Source: a candidate division WOR-3 bacterium (GTDB lineage Bacteria; Hydrothermota; 32-111). Taken from it: a stretch of 64,000 bases of DNA. The position numbers and the translations under genes were made by a program. Every line of letters begins with the position of its first letter. The first letter of the stretch is position 1. The stretch spans positions 677,101-741,100 of the forward strand of contig JBDRZU010000001.1 of NCBI GenBank assembly GCA_039804105.1. Direction: 5' to 3'. Below the pieces are notes generated by a model. That model saw only the letters and a program-made list of their open reading frames with translations. It did no database searches and was not told the DNA's origin. Positions 39,428 through 48,262 of this stretch are shown in pieces.

Positions 39428-40483
39428 TCATTCTCCATTTGGCAAAAAGTATGGATCAAAATCCATATTCATCTGTAAAGCACCTTTTACTCTTATAAAA
39501 TCAGCAGGAGTAACAAAAACATCGATATCTGTAGGTGCGGGAATTTCAAATCTTCCTTTAAATTTGAATGTTGAATATCTGAACAAACTATCAAGTTCAT
39601 GTGTTATATCAATGTTGAGGTTACTGTAAACTCCTGTGCCTGTTGCCCTTCCAATACTATCTTTTGGTGTTTGAGCAAGCAAAAATGTATCTGAAAAAAC
39701 AATGTTTCCAACTGAATCGTATAATAACAGAATAAAATTTGAACTTATTGGTAGTCTATTCCATATATCAAGATTTAATCTGACCCAATTTATCATATTC
39801 AAAGGTGACGACTCTGGTGGCGCAAATGGTAATGTCTGCTCTTTTACTACAGTCATAACTCTATCACCTGTGAGTTTTGCCTGAAATGCGATCATTGAAT
39901 ATGCTTCAAGAGAATCAACAAAAGTTTGCCCTGAATCGATCTGCACCTCTATTTCATGGTAATAATCTCCAATCGGGAAATCATCAACTGAATATGTATA
40001 TAAAGTATCAAGGAAAGATCTTTGGTTGAAAAACACCTCAACTGTATCAAGATATATAAGTCGTCCACTCGAATACATTCTGTGTATCAATCTTCCACCA
40101 GTTGTAAATGGCACTTTCCCCCAGAATCTTACAAAGTTATGGACTTTGTTTATCGTTGAGGTGAAATATGTTGAATCTCTTGAGGTATCTATCCATTCCT
40201 CAGGCAACAATTCTTCAATGTTTATACTAATTTTGATTGTATCACTTTTGCCATTGAGATGAGCTGCGTTGATCCATTTTTCTCTTTGTGTATATCCAAA
40301 AACAGTATCTCCTTTTATAGAAATTCGTTCAGGATGATCAAGTGCAACTTCAAGAACGGTCATCAAAGTATCACCTATTGGAAGAGAATAAGTCAAATTC
40401 TCAACAACAGGTGGTTTTTTGGGAAGTGGGATTGAACAGGAAATAAAAAGAAATATTAAAAAACAAAACAATATTTTTTTCAT
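39428..40483 (-). CDS. lipoprotein of unknown function
   Basis: Start moved to ATG 40483 (MKKILFCFLIFLFISC lipobox) after GGAGG. The stop lies 1 nt before the OmpA-domain gene start. Confidence 0.5.
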   Translation of the reverse strand: MKKILFCFLIFLFISCSIPLPKKPPVVENLTYSLPIGDTLMTVLEVALDHPERISIKGDTVFGYTQREKWINAAHLNGKSDTIKISINIEELLPEEWIDTSRDSTYFTSTINKVHNFVRFWGKVPFTTGGRLIHRMYSSGRLIYLDTVEVFFNQRSFLDTLYTYSVDDFPIGDYYHEIEVQIDSGQTFVDSLEAYSMIAFQAKLTGDRVMTVVKEQTLPFAPPESSPLNMINWVRLNLDIWNRLPISSNFILLLYDSVGNIVFSDTFLLAQTPKDSIGRATGTGVYSNLNIDITHELDSLFRYSTFKFKGRFEIPAPTDIDVFVTPADFIRVKGALQMNMDFDPYFLPNGE

Positions 40484-40543
40484 TTCACCTCCAGACATTT
40501 TAATTATTTTATTCTCTTTTATAAAATCAGTCAATAAAAAGAA

Positions 40544-41353
40544 TCAATGTCTTTTTTCAAATAAAATGATTGTATAATCAATTATGAAATTTAAAAGTTT
40601 GAAGATAAGATAAAAAGAAAATGAAAATGTAAAAATTTCAAAAAAAGAGAAGGGATACAAAAGCGTCACTTTCCTTAAAAATATACCAGAGAATGAACAA
40701 ACAAGAAAAGATATTAAAATATCATAATAAAGATATTCAGCACCTTTTTTTATAGAATAGATTATCCTTGGTATTACCATAAAGGGTAAACATAGAAAAA
40801 AATATCCATGCATATATGAGAATATGAAAAGGAAAATTTTTTCAATCTCCTCAATATAGTAATAATATTTGTCTTTTACAACTTTAATCCTCAAAATACC
40901 ATACAAACTTCTGATAAGATATTTTAAAAAATAAAGAATGAAAATAAGACCTATCATAAGATAGATCATTTTAAAAACAAAACCATTTTTATACTTTTGG
41001 AGAATAAAAAAATTTGATAGAGCAGAAAGAAACAAAATAACAAAAAAATGGAACAACTGATCAAGTATAAAATTTATTCCATTATCAAGATTATTTTTAC
41101 TTTTCAAAAGATCAATAAAGTAATGGGAAAAAAATGTAAAAAGAGAAAATAGTGTTGAGAAAAAAAAATTTTTTGAAAACAAGAAAAGTGAAACAAAAGT
41201 TGGTAAAAGAATAAAAAAAGAATGTAGAAATAAACCAATCTTACTCTTTATTTTGAGACGAAATATTTGATCAGTTTGAAAAATAAAGTCACCCAAAAGG
41301 TGACCCAACAAAAGAATTGTAATTATATCAACATCAGGAATAAAACTATTCAT
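40544..41353 (-). CDS. DUF3307-like polytopic membrane protein
   Basis: N-terminal LLGHLLGDFIFQTD motif; about 8 hydrophobic helices. Confidence 0.45.
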   Translation of the reverse strand: MNSFIPDVDIITILLLGHLLGDFIFQTDQIFRLKIKSKIGLFLHSFFILLPTFVSLFLFSKNFFFSTLFSLFTFFSHYFIDLLKSKNNLDNGINFILDQLFHFFVILFLSALSNFFILQKYKNGFVFKMIYLMIGLIFILYFLKYLIRSLYGILRIKVVKDKYYYYIEEIEKIFLFIFSYMHGYFFLCLPFMVIPRIIYSIKKGAEYLYYDILISFLVCSFSGIFLRKVTLLYPFSFFEIFTFSFSFYLIFKLLNFIIDYTIILFEKRH

Positions 41354-41792
41354 CCTTTACAACCGAAAGGTTTAATACCCCTATAACCTCCGGATGTAAT
41401 TTTATATTCACTGTATAATCACCCAACCTCTTTATAGGTTCATCAAGCAAAACCGCATGTTCATCTATTTTGATCCCTTTTGCTTCCAATTCCTCACAGA
41501 TCAATTTTTTTGAAACTGAACCATAAAGAGTATCATCATCATGAACTTTTTGTTTTATGGTTAAAGTTATCGAGGAAAGTTTATCTTTTGCTTGAAGTGC
41601 TATCTCTTTATTTTTCAATTCTTTCTGTTCATATTTTATCTTTTCCTGTTGAAACCTTTTCAGATTGTTTTCAGAATACTCATAAGCGAGTTTGTTTGGT
41701 ATCAAATAGTTTCTTGCAAATCCATCCTTTACATTTACAACATCACCTCTTTTACCAAGATTTTGAACATTTTCTCTCAATATAACTTTCAT
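41346..41792 (-). CDS. rplI: 50S ribosomal protein L9
   Basis: MKVILRENVQNLGKRGDVVNVKDGFARNYLIP. Confidence 0.95.
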   Translation of the reverse strand: MKVILRENVQNLGKRGDVVNVKDGFARNYLIPNKLAYEYSENNLKRFQQEKIKYEQKELKNKEIALQAKDKLSSITLTIKQKVHDDDTLYGSVSKKLICEELEAKGIKIDEHAVLLDEPIKRLGDYTVNIKLHPEVIGVLNLSVVKDE

Positions 41793-41801
41793 ACACGACT
41801 C

Positions 41802-42089
41802 CTATCTCATATTTTCATCAACATATGGAAGAAGTGCCATCTGTCGTGCAGTTTTTATCGCTCTTGCGACCTCTTTTTGATGTTTTTCACAAAGTCCGGT
41901 AGCTTTTCTTGGCAATATTTTTCCTCTATCGTTTATAAATTTTGATAAGAACTGGATATTTTTATAATCTATTTTTTCTTTTCTGGTACAAAGCTTACAA
42001 ACTTTTACCTTTTTTGCACCATTTCTTGAATCTGAAGAACCGTTGTTCTCTTTAGAATGGAATGGACTCATCAGTACCTCCGTTTTCAA
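41802..42089 (-). CDS. rpsR: 30S ribosomal protein S18
   Basis: IDYKNIQFLSKFINDRGKILPRKATGLCEKHQKEVARAIKTARQMALLPY. The exact start is uncertain because the ORF overlaps the ssb 3' end. Confidence 0.9.
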   Translation of the reverse strand: MKTEVLMSPFHSKENNGSSDSRNGAKKVKVCKLCTRKEKIDYKNIQFLSKFINDRGKILPRKATGLCEKHQKEVARAIKTARQMALLPYVDENMR

Positions 42090-42528
42090 TTTCTTCTATT
42101 TCATTAAAATCTTTTTCTACATCATCTATTATCTTATCATAGGAAACATCATTAACTTCACCTTCAAGGTCAGAAACTTCTCTTGATAAAAAGTAGATCT
42201 TTGTTGCTCTGATCTGAAAGGAAACCTTTTTTTCATGTGTTCTCTTATCCTCATAATTGTTCGCTTCAAGAGATCCTTCGACTATCACAGGTGTTCCAGT
42301 TTTCAATCTCTTTTCAAGATTATCTTCAAATTTTGTAAAATATGATACACTGATAAAAAGTGGATTATCTTTCCATTCTCCATTTTTGTCCTTATATCTT
42401 CTTGAAGATGCAAGACGAAAACCAATTACACCGGTATTATCTGATGTGTACCTTTTCTCAGCATCCTTTGTTACTCTTCCAGCGATAATGATTCTATTTA
42501 GATTCGGAAGGTTTATTTTTTCACCCAT
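42052..42528 (-). CDS. ssb: single-stranded DNA-binding protein
   Basis: N-terminal OB fold (LNRIIIAGRVTKDAEKRYT) and an acidic tail ending DESIPF. Confidence 0.9.
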   Translation of the reverse strand: MGEKINLPNLNRIIIAGRVTKDAEKRYTSDNTGVIGFRLASSRRYKDKNGEWKDNPLFISVSYFTKFEDNLEKRLKTGTPVIVEGSLEANNYEDKRTHEKKVSFQIRATKIYFLSREVSDLEGEVNDVSYDKIIDDVEKDFNEIEEIENGGTDESIPF

Positions 42529-42825
42529 TTATACCTTCACTTCATCATTCTTTTTAATCATATATCTCCATATTGTTTCATCAAGTTTTATTTCTCTTCT
42601 GAGTTCCTCAACTTTCAATGGATCGAGGTTAAAGTTTATCAAAATAAAATGCCCTTGAGCAGTTTTGTTTATTTCGTATGTAAGTTTTTCAATACCTTTA
42701 TCCTCTACATTTTCAACTTTACCTGCAAGTTCCTCAATCCATTTTTTAAAACTGGAAATCCTTTCTTCAAGAACTTCCTTAGATAATGTAGGATCATAGA
42801 TGATCAAAATTTCATAGTTAACCAA
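42529..42825 (-). CDS. rpsF: 30S ribosomal protein S6
   Basis: YEILIIYDP...GIEKLTYEI...GHFILINF. Confidence 0.9.
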   Translation of the reverse strand: MVNYEILIIYDPTLSKEVLEERISSFKKWIEELAGKVENVEDKGIEKLTYEINKTAQGHFILINFNLDPLKVEELRREIKLDETIWRYMIKKNDEVKV

Positions 42826-42837
42826 AATTTCCTCCTG

Positions 42838-43394
42838 TTATTTTTCTTCTTTTTTATTAATTATACTCATAGATTTTTCAAATCCATTTTCAACTATTGT
42901 GTAAATATGTTCTATTCCTTTTTCTAGAACTTTATTGTAATCATCTTCTTTCATTTTTCCTAAAACAAAATCTTTATCCTTCTTTTCTTCAAACTCTCCG
43001 ATGCCAACTCTTAACCTCGCAAAATTTTCAGTTCCAAGATGGTATATTATTGACTTTAATCCATTGTGACCACCATCTGAACCTGATAATCTTAACCTAA
43101 AAGTGAAGAGTGATATATTAAAATCATCAACAATTATAAGAAGATTTTTTAAATCGATCTTATAATAGTTTAAAAACTCTACAACAGCGATTCCACTCTC
43201 ATTCATATAAGTTGTTGGAACGACTAAAAATAACCCATCTTTCAAAGAACATTCAGAAAAAAAAAGTGCCCTTTACCTGTTTTAAATTTCAACTGCTCTT
43301 TTTTAGCAAAACCAATAATGATTTCTTTTCCTATATTGTGCCTTGTCTTTTCATAAATTTTATCAGGATTTCCGAGACCAACAAGAGCAAACAT
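42838..43394 (-). pseudogene. pth: peptidyl-tRNA hydrolase, reading frame interrupted in a T9 (plus-strand A9, 43257..43265) homopolymer
   Basis: The upstream frame from ATG 43394 reads MFALVGLGNPDKIYEKTRHNIGKEIIIGFAKKEQLKFKTGKGHFFF, then stops at 43242. The tracked ORF 42838..43245 continues with LKDGLFLVVPTTYMNESG...GGHNGLKSI...RLRVGIG in the -1 frame. One extra T would fuse them into a Pth of about 185 aa. Confidence 0.8.
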
Positions 43395-43403
43395 ATAACC
43401 CCA

Positions 43404-44093
43404 TCACTTCTTTTCTTTCTTCTCTTTTTCTTTCTCTTTTCCTTTATCTTCTTTTTCTTCCTCTTCTTCACCCTCTTCTTTCTTTTCCCTGATGAGTTCT
43501 GGCTCTTTTGCTTCCTCTTCAGGTTTTGGTGCTTCTTCAACATACGCCTTTGGAGCAAGAATAGTCACAACAACCTCTTCTGGATTTTCGACGATTTCAA
43601 ACTTTTCAGCCTTTATATCTTTCACATGTATTGAATCACCTATTGCAAGTTCTGAAATATCAACTTCAACATGTGATGGTATGTCTGCTGGCAAACATTT
43701 GATTTCAAGATCTCTGAGAAGGTGCTCAACTATTCCACCCTCTTTAACTCCCTTTGCTGAACCTTTTAGAATGATCGGTACTGTAAGTTTCAATTTTTCA
43801 GATTTATGGATTATCTGAAAATCGATATGTAAAATTCTGTTTGTTCTAGGGCTTCTGAAAATCTCTTTTATGATCGCAAGAAAATTATCTTTTCCCATCT
43901 TAATATTTATAAGAGATTTCTCTCTTCCAATTGCGTGAAACATCTTATTCAACTCAACCTCATCGACAGAGAACAACCTGTTCTCCTCTTTGTGTCCATA
44001 TGCGACACATGGAATTTTGTTATTCTTTCTTAAGAGGGTAAGAATATGTTTACCCTTTTCTCTTTTTTCAACTGGTAAATCGTATTGAAGCAT
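43404..44093 (-). CDS. ctc: 50S ribosomal protein L25 / general stress protein Ctc, with K/E-rich C-terminal tail
   Basis: The N-terminus (KREKGKHILTLLRKNNKIPCVAYG) and two-domain Ctc form are typical. The tail reads EEEEEKEDKGKEKEKEKKEKK. Confidence 0.9.
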   Translation of the reverse strand: MLQYDLPVEKREKGKHILTLLRKNNKIPCVAYGHKEENRLFSVDEVELNKMFHAIGREKSLINIKMGKDNFLAIIKEIFRSPRTNRILHIDFQIIHKSEKLKLTVPIILKGSAKGVKEGGIVEHLLRDLEIKCLPADIPSHVEVDISELAIGDSIHVKDIKAEKFEIVENPEEVVVTILAPKAYVEEAPKPEEEAKEPELIREKKEEGEEEEEKEDKGKEKEKEKKEKK

Positions 44094-44101
44094 TTATCCT
44101 C

Positions 44102-45031
44102 CTAATCAAAAAGTGCACTGATAGATTCTTTATTATAAACTCTTTTTATAGCATTCGCAAAAAGTTCTGCCATAGACAAAACTTCTATTTTTTCGATCCT
44201 CTTCTCCTCAGGTATCACAACACTATCCGAAGTGTAAAGTTTATCTATAGGTGAATTTTTGAGTTTTGCAATAGCATCACCTGAAAGCAAAGGATGTGTC
44301 ACACATGCTATTATCCTTTTAGCACCATTATACTTTAAAGCTTCAGCTGCTTTTGTGATTGTTCCCGCAGTATCGATTATATCGTCAACCATTAAAACAT
44401 TCTTATCCTTAACCTCTCCAACAACATGCATCACTTCGGATTGGTTTGGAGAACTTCTTCTTTTATCGATAACAGCAATCGGTAGATTGTTCAGTTTTTT
44501 CGCTATATTTCTTGCTCTGTTAACTCTTCCTGCATCAGGAGAAACCACAACCGTATTGTCAAGTTTTTCGTTCTTTAAAAGATGTTCAACAAAAACTGGT
44601 GCAGAATAAAGATGATCAACTGGAACATTGAAAAAACCCTGAATCTGTTCAGCATGAAGTTCAAGTACCATAACCCTTGAAACACCCGCTGCTGTCAAAA
44701 GGTTTGCAACAACTCTTGAACTTATTGGAACCCTTGGAGCATCCTTTTTATCCTGTCTTGCATATCCATAATATGGTATGACCGCAGTTATCATATCCGC
44801 TGATGCTCTCCTCAAAGAGTCAATGATAAAGATAAGTTCAAGAAGATTATCCGCTGGTGGATTTGTTGACTGTATAACAAACACATGGCTTCCCCTTACA
44901 GATTCATTAATCTGAACCCTTATCTCACCATCAGAAAATTTTGTAATAAGAGAATCAACAAGTGGAATATTCAACTTGTTAGATATCTCTTTTGCTATTT
45001 TGGCATTCGAATTTCCCGCTATAAGTTTCAT
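44102..45031 (-). CDS. prs: ribose-phosphate pyrophosphokinase
   Basis: MKLIAGNSNAKIAKEIS, YYGYARQDKK and VSPDAGRV...VDDIIDTAGT. The tracked N-terminal extension (to 45124) reads through a tRNA gene and is rejected. Confidence 0.95.
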   Translation of the reverse strand: MKLIAGNSNAKIAKEISNKLNIPLVDSLITKFSDGEIRVQINESVRGSHVFVIQSTNPPADNLLELIFIIDSLRRASADMITAVIPYYGYARQDKKDAPRVPISSRVVANLLTAAGVSRVMVLELHAEQIQGFFNVPVDHLYSAPVFVEHLLKNEKLDNTVVVSPDAGRVNRARNIAKKLNNLPIAVIDKRRSSPNQSEVMHVVGEVKDKNVLMVDDIIDTAGTITKAAEALKYNGAKRIIACVTHPLLSGDAIAKLKNSPIDKLYTSDSVVIPEEKRIEKIEVLSMAELFANAIKRVYNKESISALFD

Positions 45032-45050
45032 ATAAAACTCACATTTTTCT

Positions 45051-45123
45051 CTGGGGCGGTAGGATTCGAACCTACGAATGCGGGAACCAAAATCCCGTGG
45101 CTTGCCAGCTTGCCGACACCCCA
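45051..45123 (-). tRNA. tRNA-Gln (anticodon UUG), no encoded CCA
   Basis: Hand-folded: acceptor UGGGGUG/CGCCCCA (U1-A72, G73), anticodon stem CGGGA/UCCCG with loop UUUUGGU, and T-arm GUAGG-UUCGAAU-CCUAC. Confidence 0.85.
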
Positions 45124-45157
45124 ATAAGTGTTAGTTAAATTTTACTTCCTAAAAGTT

Positions 45158-45418
45158 TTACTTCTTACTCACTTCCTGCTGATATTTTTCAAGAACGACT
45201 TTTTCAATCTTCTGTCTCATCTCATTGTTGATAGGATGGGCAATGTCTCTATATGTCCCATCTTTAGCCCTTCTTGAAGGCATGGAAATGAAAAGACCTT
45301 TTTTTCCGTCGATAATCTTTAAACCCCTGATAACAAATGCGTTGTCAAAAGTTACATTAGCAAATGCTTTCAACTTGGGTTCATCTCTTAATGTGATTCT
45401 TACTTCGGTAATTTCCAT
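45158..45418 (-). CDS. spoVG: septation/regulatory protein SpoVG
   Basis: MEITEVRITLRDEPKLKAFANVTFDNAFVIRGLKIIDGKKGLFISMPSRR. Confidence 0.95.
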   Translation of the reverse strand: MEITEVRITLRDEPKLKAFANVTFDNAFVIRGLKIIDGKKGLFISMPSRRAKDGTYRDIAHPINNEMRQKIEKVVLEKYQQEVSKK

Positions 45419-46329
45419 TCTTCCTCCTGAATTTTTGTTAGTAGTTCTTTTTTTATCCTATTTCGAGTTATCGGGGTGGTAAAAAAAATCCTGTTCCCAC
45501 CGAACTCTTTTCTTAGCGAATCAAAATGTTTTTCATTTTCAAAGATCGCAAAAATTGAAGATCCACTTCCACTCATAAGTGAAAGTAAAGGTTCATACTT
45601 TGTTATCCTATTTTTTATATCCTTCAATAAAGGATACCTTTCAAAAACAACCGTTTCAAAAATGTTATAAAAATTTTTGAAAGAACTTTTCAAATTTTTA
45701 TAATCAATTTTTGAATTTATAATATTATAAGATTTTCTATCATTTGTCAAGTGTTTAGATAGAAGGTTATATGCCTCTTTCGTTGAAACCTGAATATCTG
45801 GAGATATGATAAAAATTTTAAGATTTTCAATCTCAGGTATATCTAAAAATTCAAGTTCCTCACCTATACCAGTTCCTATTGCACTCCCACCTTCAACAAG
45901 AAATGGACAATCAGCACCGACCTTCAAAGAAAGTTGCCTAAGTTCTTCTTTTTCAAAGGGATAATCATAATAAAAATTTAAAAAATTGAGTATCGAAGAA
46001 CCATCAGCACTTCCACCACCAAGACCAGCACCTGATGGAATCTTTTTGTTGACTTTAAAATGGAAATCAACCCATTCACTTTCAGATTTGTTTAAAAAGG
46101 ATTCTTTAAAAATATGATACGATTTGTAAATAGTGTTGTTTTTCGGATCTATCATGCAATCACTGTTAAAAAATTCTATGTTTAAATCTTTACTTTCATA
46201 AACCTCGATATTATCAAAAAGATCTATCGATTGAAAAAAGGTGAGAATCTCATGAAAACCATCATCACGCCTGTTCAACACATCAAGAAAAAGATTTATT
46301 TTACAGAAAGATTTTACAAGATATCTCAT
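45400..46329 (-). CDS. ispE: 4-diphosphocytidyl-2-C-methyl-D-erythritol kinase (MEP pathway)
   Basis: KINLFLDVLNRRDDGFHE and KKIPSGAGLGGGSADGS, the GHMP kinase motif. Confidence 0.9.
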   Translation of the reverse strand: MRYLVKSFCKINLFLDVLNRRDDGFHEILTFFQSIDLFDNIEVYESKDLNIEFFNSDCMIDPKNNTIYKSYHIFKESFLNKSESEWVDFHFKVNKKIPSGAGLGGGSADGSSILNFLNFYYDYPFEKEELRQLSLKVGADCPFLVEGGSAIGTGIGEELEFLDIPEIENLKIFIISPDIQVSTKEAYNLLSKHLTNDRKSYNIINSKIDYKNLKSSFKNFYNIFETVVFERYPLLKDIKNRITKYEPLLSLMSGSGSSIFAIFENEKHFDSLRKEFGGNRIFFTTPITRNRIKKELLTKIQEEEWKLPK

Positions 46330-47057
46330 TTTCTGAAAATGTTAACTACCTCAGAGAATTCAAAAATTTTATCAGGATCTTTTTCTATAGAATTCCCTGT
46401 TACGATAAAATCTGCTCCACTTTCAAGAATTTCAAGTGCTCTTTTTCGATCCTTTATACCTCCACCGACAATCAGTGGTTTTGATAAAATCTTTTTTGCA
46501 CTCTTAATAAAATTTAACGGAACAGTTTTTTCAGATCCACTCCCTGCCTCAAGGTAAACTATTTTGAAATTCGATATTTCTGAGAGATAGATATAGTTCA
46601 AAAAAGTTTTCATATCTTTTATAAAGTTTATAGGCACCCTTTTTGCAACACTCGTCTTTTTATCATCCATACAGAGTATATATGATGTTGGGATGATCTT
46701 TAATGATGATTTGTATAGATTTTCAGCACCGTTGATATGTTCTCCAATTATATAGTCAAGTTTTTTTGTATTCAAAAGAAAAAGCAATAAAAGAAAATCT
46801 GCATTTTTCGATATCTGATAGTGAGAACCAGGGAAAATAAAAGTTGGTTTTTTTGTTTTTTCTTTTATCGAAAGTATGAATCTATCAAAACCTTTAATCT
46901 TCTTATCACTTCCACCGATAAATATCCCATCAACTTTTGAACTATTTATATTTTTTATGATTCTTTCAAAATCTATTTTTTTTGCTGGATCAATTAAAAC
47001 AAAATATCCTTTTTTGTTTTCGTTGAAAATCTTTTCTATAGGGGAAATTACTTCCAC
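46326..47057 (-). CDS. geranylgeranylglyceryl/heptaprenylglyceryl phosphate synthase family protein (PcrB/GGGPS)
   Basis: 243 aa TIM-barrel pattern: FVLIDPAK...DGIFIGGS...VYLEAGSGSEKTVP...PLIVGGGIKD...GADFIVTGNSIEKDP. It has a 4-nt ATGA overlap with ispE. Confidence 0.75.
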   Translation of the reverse strand: MEVISPIEKIFNENKKGYFVLIDPAKKIDFERIIKNINSSKVDGIFIGGSDKKIKGFDRFILSIKEKTKKPTFIFPGSHYQISKNADFLLLLFLLNTKKLDYIIGEHINGAENLYKSSLKIIPTSYILCMDDKKTSVAKRVPINFIKDMKTFLNYIYLSEISNFKIVYLEAGSGSEKTVPLNFIKSAKKILSKPLIVGGGIKDRKRALEILESGADFIVTGNSIEKDPDKIFEFSEVVNIFRK

Positions 47058-48262
47058 AGCAACCTCATAATTATTTTCAAGATATATTTGTCCTTCATCA
47101 AACTACCCATAAAGTTTATAACCATACCTATCGCTTTAACTGAAGATTTAAAAGAATAAATCGTATAATAAAAATCTGATGAAAGTATTTTCTTACCATT
47201 GAAAAGATTTATCGCTGATGTAAAGAATTTATCCCTCTCCTCATCGGTCATTTCAAGCAACATCTCTCTTAACTGGTTCTGTTTTTTAATAGAGTAACTG
47301 TTATCCTTTTCAACAAGTTCCTGATATTGGGACATCCGCTTTGCTGAAAAATCTTTTCCTTTTAAAACGGTGTTTGCAACTATCGCTGCAAAGTTCGCCG
47401 TTCTTAAAGCATTATCTATACCACCACCTGTTATCGGATCAGCAGCTCTTGCACTATCACCTATAACCATAACCCTTTCAGAATACATTTTCGAAAGTTG
47501 ATTAACACTCACACATCCGGGAAATTCTCTTAAAATTTTTGCATCAGGATAATATTTTTGCCTGTATTCATTCAAAAGTTTGTAAGGTTTATCACAATCT
47601 ATAGAAGAAGTTATTCCTACTCCAAAGTTCGCTTCATTTTTTCCTCGTGGGAAAACCCAAAGATAACCACCTGGAGCAACCGACGGTGTGAAATCGAATA
47701 TTATCTCTTCATCATTTATTTTTGGATCATATATTATCTGCTGATAGCATGAATACATATCGTTAAGATTACAAACCGAGTTAATTCCAACTTTATATGG
47801 CAGATATGATTCAACTCCATCAGCTATTATGAGAATTTTTGCAAAATATTCTTCTCCATTTTCGAGTATAACTTTAACATAATCTTTTTCTACCTTGGCA
47901 TCAACGACAAAACTATTTGTTTTTATTTCAAAATTGTTTTCCTCTGTAACTTTCTGTGCAATAAACTTTTCAAACTTTGATCTATCTATTATAAGTCCCA
48001 TATCAGGTATATCAACATTCGCTTCAAGTTCTTTATATTTCACTTTCAGTTTTGTAAACCTGTTTCTTATGAAAGGGAAATCTGTCTCTTTAAAAAAATG
48101 TTTTAATGTGTTGTTCGAAATCCCTTCAGCACAGATTATAGGTTCTCCTATAATATCATCCTTTTCAAACACTATAACTTTATAGTTTTTATCTATCTTA
48201 TAAGCAGCATAAAGACCCGCAGGTCCACCACCAACAATGATCACATCATAATTTTTATCCAT
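47048..48262 (-). CDS. geranylgeranyl reductase family FAD-dependent oxidoreductase
   Basis: YDVIIVGGGPAGLYAAY (FAD fold), the PIICAEGIS catalytic-Cys context, the GGYLWVFPRG motif, and VIGDSARAADPITGGGI. Confidence 0.8.
   Translation of the reverse strand: MDKNYDVIIVGGGPAGLYAAYKIDKNYKVIVFEKDDIIGEPIICAEGISNNTLKHFFKETDFPFIRNRFTKLKVKYKELEANVDIPDMGLIIDRSKFEKFIAQKVTEENNFEIKTNSFVVDAKVEKDYVKVILENGEEYFAKILIIADGVESYLPYKVGINSVCNLNDMYSCYQQIIYDPKINDEEIIFDFTPSVAPGGYLWVFPRGKNEANFGVGITSSIDCDKPYKLLNEYRQKYYPDAKILREFPGCVSVNQLSKMYSERVMVIGDSARAADPITGGGIDNALRTANFAAIVANTVLKGKDFSAKRMSQYQELVEKDNSYSIKKQNQLREMLLEMTDEERDKFFTSAINLFNGKKILSSDFYYTIYSFKSSVKAIGMVINFMGSLMKDKYILKIIMRLLWK

Noticed and set aside
43212-43634. 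Plus-strand 140-aa ORF and minus-strand 75-aa K/R-rich ORF (43331..43558) over a long polypurine/polypyrimidine tract; possible repeat element
   Set aside because: The tract encodes the K/E-rich tail of ribosomal protein L25/Ctc and the pth N-terminus in the correct frames. The alternative ORFs are low-complexity shadows, and there is no tandem-repeat unit or flanking structure.
45032-45127. N-terminal extension of prs (MGCRQAGKPRDFGS...) and plus-strand ORF 44885..45127
   Set aside because: Both read across tRNA-Gln(UUG). The real prs start is the ATG at 45031 (MKLIAGNSN).
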